Assembly: GCA_964567525.1 (NCBI GenBank)
Contig: CAZMNL010000003.1
Location: 1 to 24,656 of the forward strand
Origin: an uncultured Anaerolineaceae bacterium
GTDB taxonomy: Bacteria > Chloroflexota > Anaerolineae > Aggregatilineales > Aggregatilineaceae
Direction of reading: 5' to 3'
Length of the DNA: 24,656 nucleotides
In this document: positions 16,372 to 24,656 of the stretch, in pieces
Numbering within the stretch: the first letter of the stretch is position 1
How the letters are laid out: each line of letters starts with the position of its first letter
Notes under the pieces: generated by a model
What the model was told of the DNA's origin: nothing
What the model saw: only the letters and a program-made list of their open reading frames with translations
The model's database searches: none
Made by a program: the position numbers and the translations under genes

Positions 16372-18129
16372 TCAGTTTCCTTCCGCCTGCTCACGCGCCT
16401 CGATCTCCATACGTGCGAGTTCCCGACGCAGAATTTTGCCTACCGCAGTGCGCGGCAGTTCGTCCACAAATTCGATACGCGTAGGCACTTCATACCGCGC
16501 CAGCCTATCACCCGCAAACGCGATCAACTCGTCTGCGGACAATGTATACTCCGGCTTGACCACAACCCAGGCTTTCAATGCCTCCTGCCCCACCTTCGCC
16601 GAGTCAGGATGTGGAATAGAAGCGACGGCAGCATCCTGCACAGCCTCGTGCTCCATCAGCACATCTTCCACATTGCGCGGATAAACGTTAAATCCGCCAA
16701 TCAGCGCCATATCTTTTTTGCGGTCTACGATGTAAAAGTAACCATCTTCGTCCATGCGCGCGATATCGCCGGTATACAGCCAGACCTTACCCTCGGCATC
16801 AGGGCGCAGCGCGTTCGCCGTCTCGGTCGGCATCCCGTGATAACCGCGCATTAACTGCGGCCCGTGCATCAACAGTTCGCCAATCTCGCCGACCGGCAAA
16901 TCCGTTTCGCCCTCATCCAGATCAACGATGCGCATTTCCATGTCAGGAAACGGCAGCCCAATTGAACCGGTGCGATTCTCCCCCTTGACCGGGTTCGCGT
17001 GCGAGGCGGTAGGCGCTTCGCTCATCCCGAAGCCCTCCAGGATCACGCCGCCGGAGAGTTCCTCAAAGCGGCGCTTGGTAGCCGGTGGCAGCGGCGCGGA
17101 CCCGCTGATACACGCATAAATTGATGATAAGTCGAAACGTCCTTCCTTAACGCCCTGGTGGTTATTGATCGCGTTAAACAGTGCCGGCACGCCCATGAAA
17201 ATCGTCGGGCGGAACTGGTCGATATTTTCTACCACGTCCTGAATATCGCGCGCGTTGGTCACCAGGATCATCTCCGCGTGCATTGAAACCGCGAAACTCA
17301 TCACCGCCACCATGCCGAACACGTGAAACAGCGGAATCGCCGCCAGAAAGACCTCCTGGACGTTCTCACGGGCCAGCCACGCGCGGCACTGCATCGTATT
17401 GGCAACCAGCGCCGCGTGGGTGGACATGGCCGCTTTCGGCACGCCGGTAGTACCGCCCGTATACTGAAAAATAGCGATATCATCGCCGCTGACAGCCACC
17501 CCCGGCTGACGCCCGGCATACTGCGCCAGCACGTCCTGGAACCCGTGATCGCCGGGGCGCTTCTCGATGCGGTGGCCCTCTTTTTTCTCTTTCGCCAGCG
17601 TGAACAGCACGCGCGCCAATCCGGGTAAATATTCCTTGATATTCGTCACAATGACGTGCTCTACCGGCGTCTCGCGCTGGATGGACTTCACACCCTCGTA
17701 GAACAGCGAGAGTGTCACCACCGCTTTCGCGCCGCTGTCCTTCAACTGCTCGGCAATTCTGCGCGGCGGGAACGTAGGATTCACAGCCACCACCGTACAT
17801 CCGGCTTTGAGGATCGCGTAGAACGTGATCACGAACTGGGGGCAGTTGGGCATCACCACCGCCACGCGATCCCCCTTGTGCAAGCCCCAATCAACCAGCG
17901 CCGCCGCCAGCGCATCTGAAGCCGCGTTTATATCGTGGTAAGTCAGCCTGTGCGCCAATCTGCCCACCAGCGGCAGTTTGGCCGACATAATCGTCGCGGT
18001 AGCATCACCATGCTGTTCAGCAGCGCGGATCAAGAACGTATGTAAGGGATGGTTGGGATAGGGGTGCAGCGTGTGCGGCACGTCATCGTCGTAGTGTGCC
18101 AGCCAGGGTTTATCTCGATATGTAACCAT
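16372..18129 (-). CDS. fadD: Long-chain-fatty-acid--CoA ligase, 585 aa
   Basis: YTGGTTGVPK AMP-binding motif, EGFGMSE, WLYTGD, DRKKDM, PRTAVGKILRR. Start moved to the ATG at 18129 (GGAGG SD). Confidence 0.9.
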   Translation of the reverse strand: MVTYRDKPWLAHYDDDVPHTLHPYPNHPLHTFLIRAAEQHGDATATIMSAKLPLVGRLAHRLTYHDINAASDALAAALVDWGLHKGDRVAVVMPNCPQFVITFYAILKAGCTVVAVNPTFPPRRIAEQLKDSGAKAVVTLSLFYEGVKSIQRETPVEHVIVTNIKEYLPGLARVLFTLAKEKKEGHRIEKRPGDHGFQDVLAQYAGRQPGVAVSGDDIAIFQYTGGTTGVPKAAMSTHAALVANTMQCRAWLARENVQEVFLAAIPLFHVFGMVAVMSFAVSMHAEMILVTNARDIQDVVENIDQFRPTIFMGVPALFNAINNHQGVKEGRFDLSSIYACISGSAPLPPATKRRFEELSGGVILEGFGMSEAPTASHANPVKGENRTGSIGLPFPDMEMRIVDLDEGETDLPVGEIGELLMHGPQLMRGYHGMPTETANALRPDAEGKVWLYTGDIARMDEDGYFYIVDRKKDMALIGGFNVYPRNVEDVLMEHEAVQDAAVASIPHPDSAKVGQEALKAWVVVKPEYTLSADELIAFAGDRLARYEVPTRIEFVDELPRTAVGKILRRELARMEIEAREQAEGN

Positions 18130-18151
18130 TTTAGGACCTCCGGGGAGTAAG

Positions 18152-18179
18152 TATGCGTACAATTTGATCTATGTTAACC
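18152..18179 (+). promoter_or_regulatory. dif-like 28-bp site (11-6-11) in the divergent fadD / xer-like intergenic region
   Basis: TATGCGTACAA-TTTGAT-CTATGTTAACC compared with E. coli dif GGTGCGCATAA-TGTATA-TTATGTTAAAT: 7/11 and 8/11 arm identities with an exact 6-bp spacer. Confidence 0.4.
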
Positions 18180-18231
18180 TATTTCAAGATACGATGATCA
18201 ATAACAGTGAAGATTCAACAAAGGAAACACC

Positions 18232-19179
18232 ATGTCGCTGCGACAGTTGCCGCTTTTGCCCGATGATTCAGAACACGCCCTGACCCACTTCAGCCCATTC
18301 AGCGCAGCGGTAGAACCGTTTTTAGAATATCTACGCCAGGAAGGGCGCAGCCCGCACACGATCAGCGCGTTCCAGTCTGATCTACGCCTGGTGACAGAGT
18401 TCTTCGGGGAGGATATGCCACTCGGAGAATTCACCACCAGCCAGCTTAACCGCTTCATGGAATGGATCGAAAGCGGGCGCGGGGTTCCATGCAGCCGCAA
18501 GACCTACGCGCGGCGCGTGACGACGCTCAAGGTATTTTTCAAATTCCTGAAAAGCGAGTCTGTGCTGCCCTACGACCCCGCCGAGGCCCTGCTCCAGCGT
18601 TCCGGTGCGGCCCCGCTGCAACCGGTGCTGTCCGATGACGCCATCGCGCGCCTGCTCTCGCAAACCGCCCAACTGCGACTCGCTGACAAACCCGACGCAC
18701 GTCCCGATCTGCTGGTGCGCTTGCTGCTGGATACCGGCATCAAAAAGAGTGAGGCCATGCACCTGACCCGCGACCACATCCAGCGCGACGACCCGCAGCA
18801 GCCCGTACTGATTGTGCGCCACAAAAAGCCGAACAACGTCTACAAAGAGCGCAGAATCCCGCTTGACCCCGACTGGCTCAACGTGCTGGACGAATACCTG
18901 GAACAGTATGAACTGGAAGACACGATCTTCGACTGCACCGCGCGCAACCTGGAATACGTGCTGCGTGATACGGCGAAAGGCGCAGGAATCGAGGACCGCG
19001 TGTCGTTTGAGATTCTGCGCTGGACCAGCGCCGTGCGCGACTATCGCCGGGGCATGGACCTGGAGAAACTGCGCGAGAAGATGGGCCTGAGCCGCATTAG
19101 CTGGCGCGAAACCAGCGACAAGATCGTCCGGTTGGCTGCCATACAGATGCACGGGGAACTACCCGAAAACCGGGCCTGA
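18232..19179 (+). CDS. XerC/XerD-like tyrosine recombinase homolog with degenerate catalytic residues, 315 aa
   Basis: Integrase SAM-like N-domain (FLEYLRQEGRSPHTISAFQSDL...ARRVTTLKVFFKFL...DPA), box I LLDTGIKKSE, KERRIPL, box II SFEILRW...MGLS. No Tyr after residue 271. Confidence 0.88.
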   Translation: MSLRQLPLLPDDSEHALTHFSPFSAAVEPFLEYLRQEGRSPHTISAFQSDLRLVTEFFGEDMPLGEFTTSQLNRFMEWIESGRGVPCSRKTYARRVTTLKVFFKFLKSESVLPYDPAEALLQRSGAAPLQPVLSDDAIARLLSQTAQLRLADKPDARPDLLVRLLLDTGIKKSEAMHLTRDHIQRDDPQQPVLIVRHKKPNNVYKERRIPLDPDWLNVLDEYLEQYELEDTIFDCTARNLEYVLRDTAKGAGIEDRVSFEILRWTSAVRDYRRGMDLEKLREKMGLSRISWRETSDKIVRLAAIQMHGELPENRA

Positions 19180-19187
19180 TCTGCGCC

Positions 19188-22455
<3,268 letters not shown>

Positions 22456-23289
22456 TCACTGCGAAGCCACCATCAAAAAGTTCCGCGCCGCCCACCCCAC
22501 GCTGGCCGGATTACCAGGGTCCTCGATCTTCCACCACTCGTAACCGTCTACATCCTGCGGGCCGCCCACTAGCGTATAAAAATTACCTTCACCCGCCAAA
22601 AACAGCAGATTACCATCCAATCCTGGCGCAGAACGTACATTCAGCCCGGCCTCACCCACGCCGACCACCTGGATCGTAATCCCAATCGCAAAATCGCCGG
22701 GGGGTAGAGTCTGCGTCGGAACGGGAGTCGGCAGCGGCACGGTTGCGCTTGGCTGCGCCTGGGGGATGGGAGTCGGCCATGCGCCGCCCGGCGGAGCCGC
22801 CGCCTGCCCCGAACTGGATGAAAAATCCTGGCTCAGCGTCGGCTGCGAGGTCACTACCTGAATGCGCGGAACCTGGTCGCCGGGATTAGCGGGTTCGCTC
22901 AGTTCGGTGAAAAAGTACAACAGCGAAAACGCGATCACGCCCACGATCCCGACCATGAGCACCAGTGACCACCAGGGGAAGTATAAACCGCTTTGGCTCG
23001 GTGGGACCGGCTGGTGACGCTGCTGGACTCGGCGGCGGGTGGGACCTGTACCGGGGGCAGCAGGCGGGGGCGGCGGCGCAGAAGCACGCTGCGGCGAATA
23101 CTGCCGCCGTGTGCCGGTTTGCTGCGGCGGGCGCGAGGGGGAGCGCGGCTGCTGCGCGCGCGTGCGCGGCGCTGGCCCGCTCACGCCGGGCTGCGTCGCA
23201 TCGCCCTGCCGCGTTTCTTCGGGCGGCACTGTTGGGCGGCGTTGCACACCGGTTGTCCTTCGTTCCTCTTGTGGTGGAATCTCGTTCAT
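22456..23289 (-). CDS. Membrane protein with Pro/Gln/Arg-rich N-terminus, one TM helix and a C-terminal bacterial SH3-like domain, 277 aa
   Basis: TM WWSLVLMVGIVGVIAFSLLYFF; C-terminal GLNVRSAPG...GGPQDVDGYEWWKI...GWAA is an SH3b pattern. Start moved to the ATG at 23289. Confidence 0.8.
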   Translation of the reverse strand: MNEIPPQEERRTTGVQRRPTVPPEETRQGDATQPGVSGPAPRTRAQQPRSPSRPPQQTGTRRQYSPQRASAPPPPPAAPGTGPTRRRVQQRHQPVPPSQSGLYFPWWSLVLMVGIVGVIAFSLLYFFTELSEPANPGDQVPRIQVVTSQPTLSQDFSSSSGQAAAPPGGAWPTPIPQAQPSATVPLPTPVPTQTLPPGDFAIGITIQVVGVGEAGLNVRSAPGLDGNLLFLAGEGNFYTLVGGPQDVDGYEWWKIEDPGNPASVGWAARNFLMVASQ

Positions 23290-23342
23290 ACCTGTAAACC
23301 CGAAAGTAATATCACGACACACACCTCAGCACACTTTTGCCA

Positions 23343-23351
23343 AGTATACCA
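23343..23351 (-). promoter_or_regulatory. Putative extended -10 promoter of the SH3b-ligA-rlmI operon
   Basis: Minus strand reads TGGTATACT. Confidence 0.5.
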
Positions 23352-23380
23352 CACGCTGCCCAAAGCAGCGCATCTCCCGC

Positions 23381-23410
23381 TTGACAGTTTTCCTGCGCTT
23401 GCAGTACGCT
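23381..23410 (+). promoter_or_regulatory. Putative sigma70 promoter of the PHP gene
   Basis: TTGACA, 18-nt spacer, TACGCT. Confidence 0.5.
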
Positions 23411-23449
23411 TGGCCTGATGATCATCATGCACCCTGGCGGATAGCGCAA

Positions 23450-24553
23450 ATGGCAGCATACGAATACGTCGGCAATTTACACGTCCACACCCACTATTCA
23501 GATGGCGAAGGCTCCCACACCGCCATCGCAGAAGCAGCTCTACTGGCCGGTCTGGACTTCGTCGCATTCACCGATCACAACCTGCTGGTGACCGGCATCG
23601 AAGGCTACTACGGTGACGAAGATCGCGGCTATGTGCTGCTGCTGGCGGGTGAGGAGGTCCACGACCGGACGCGCGTACCGCAGGCCAACCACCTGCTGAT
23701 ATACAACGTGGACGCCGAAATGACACGCCATGCGCATAATTTCGCCGGGCTGCTCGACGCGGTAGATCGCGCAGACGGGCTGAGCTTCATCGCGCATCCT
23801 GATGACCGCGCGGTAGACTGGTTAAGGCTGCCCGCGATCCCCTGGCTGGACCGCGATACCAGAGGCTATACCGGGCTGGAAATCTGGAACTACATGTCGC
23901 GCTTTAAAGACTCTCTGCCGAACCGCAATGCGGCCCTGCGCGCCCTCTTCCGCCCGGATGACATCATGACTGGCCCGGCGCAGTCCACGCTTGACCTGTG
24001 GGACCACCTGCTCGAAAGCGGCCAACGTGTAGTCGGCATCGGCGGGGCGGACGCGCACGGCCAGCGCGTCGCTTTGGGGCCGGTTACGCATACCGTGTTC
24101 CCCTACGATTTCCTGTTTAACTGCGTGAACACCCACATCCTGACTAAAACACCTCTGGTAGGGGATGCCGCGCACGACCGGATGCTGCTGTACAACGCCT
24201 TACAGCAGGGCCGCGCCTTCATCGGCTACGACATCCCCGGCGATACACGCGGATTTCTGTTCACCGCTCAGGGCCAGAACACCACCGCGATCATGGGCGA
24301 ATCGATCCGCCTGGGACACGGAGTCACGCTGCAAGCGCTGGCCCCTGGCCGCGCGCACATCAAAATCATCCGTTATGGCGTGGTGGTTGCCGAAGATCAC
24401 CGCGCCGAAAACGTGACATTCGTCGTCAGCCAACCGGGTGCATACCGCGTGGAGGTCTGGCGCGAATATCACGGCGCGATGCGCATGTGGATTCTCAGCA
24501 ACCCGATTTACGTCGAACCCAACGCGGGCAAACGCATCACCCTGACCTCGTGA
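23450..24553 (+). CDS. PHP-domain metallohydrolase (CehA/McbA-like), 367 aa
   Basis: GNLHVHTHYSDG, FTDHN, GEEV, AHP, EIWN, GGADAH, C-terminal YRVEV...WILSNPIYV. The real start is the ATG at 23450; the ORF-track extension from 23039 lies antisense to the SH3b gene. Confidence 0.87.
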   Translation: MAAYEYVGNLHVHTHYSDGEGSHTAIAEAALLAGLDFVAFTDHNLLVTGIEGYYGDEDRGYVLLLAGEEVHDRTRVPQANHLLIYNVDAEMTRHAHNFAGLLDAVDRADGLSFIAHPDDRAVDWLRLPAIPWLDRDTRGYTGLEIWNYMSRFKDSLPNRNAALRALFRPDDIMTGPAQSTLDLWDHLLESGQRVVGIGGADAHGQRVALGPVTHTVFPYDFLFNCVNTHILTKTPLVGDAAHDRMLLYNALQQGRAFIGYDIPGDTRGFLFTAQGQNTTAIMGESIRLGHGVTLQALAPGRAHIKIIRYGVVVAEDHRAENVTFVVSQPGAYRVEVWREYHGAMRMWILSNPIYVEPNAGKRITLTS

Positions 24554-24595
24554 CAACGCCTGTTTACACAGGGATTCCGAAAAACTAAAATCACA

Positions 24596-24656
24596 CCGCA
24601 GAGTGCGCAGAGAAAGACGCTCTGCGTCAAATCCCCCTCTCCATTCGAAATCGAGA
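24596..24656. repeat. Possible REP-like / short repeat cluster, truncated by the window edge
   Basis: CGCAGAG direct repeat (24597, 24606); hairpin CGCAGAG/CTCTGCG (24606-24626); CCCCCTCTCC-ATTCGAAAT-CGAGA looks like the left part of a larger palindrome. Confidence 0.35.

Noticed and set aside
15819-16484. 221-aa plus-strand ORF
   Set aside because: Antisense shadow of the HAD gene and the end of fadD.
18382-19152. 256-aa minus-strand ORF
   Set aside because: Antisense shadow of the xer-like gene.
18232-19179. Prophage or ICE integrase, or a pseudogene
   Set aside because: No att duplication, phage or conjugation genes, or obvious compositional break is visible; the flanks are housekeeping genes; and the ORF is intact without a frameshift.
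23039-23449. N-terminal extension of the 504-aa PHP ORF
   Set aside because: Low-complexity translation antisense to the SH3b gene and running across the divergent promoters; the PHP domain starts at 23450.

Overview
Mostly housekeeping chromosomal DNA, GC-rich. By the style of its hypothetical proteins it probably comes from a Chloroflexota (Anaerolineae-like) bacterium; that assignment is inference only. In order: acnA (minus strand, runs off the left edge, missing from the ORF track); a two-gene operon of unknown multi-wHTH proteins; tRNA-Arg(TCT); a BTAD/SARP-type regulator; a small HhH / DUF971 / hypothetical operon; hpt; a class II tRNA nucleotidyltransferase; a TPR / URO-D-like / rsmD operon; a Hanks-type Ser/Thr kinase; ftsH; fadD plus a HAD phosphatase; a Xer-like tyrosine-recombinase homolog; an SH3b membrane protein with ligA and rlmI; and a PHP metallohydrolase. 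I found no rRNA, CRISPR array or intact mobile element. The most interesting signals are: (1) the Xer-like protein has lost most of its catalytic residues, including the Tyr nucleophile, and a 28-bp dif-like site lies in its own divergent promoter region, suggesting a recombinase repurposed as a DNA-binding regulator; (2) a 524-aa protein that by eye combines CarD-like, RNAP-delta-like wHTH and B3-like modules, paired with a small wHTH partner; (3) several enzymes with altered signature motifs, namely a loop-deleted (CC-adding-type) nucleotidyltransferase, a non-RD kinase, a P-loop-less STAND-BTAD regulator, an RsmD with APPQY and a URO-D-fold protein that is not HemE. All domain calls come from motif recognition by eye, without database searches.
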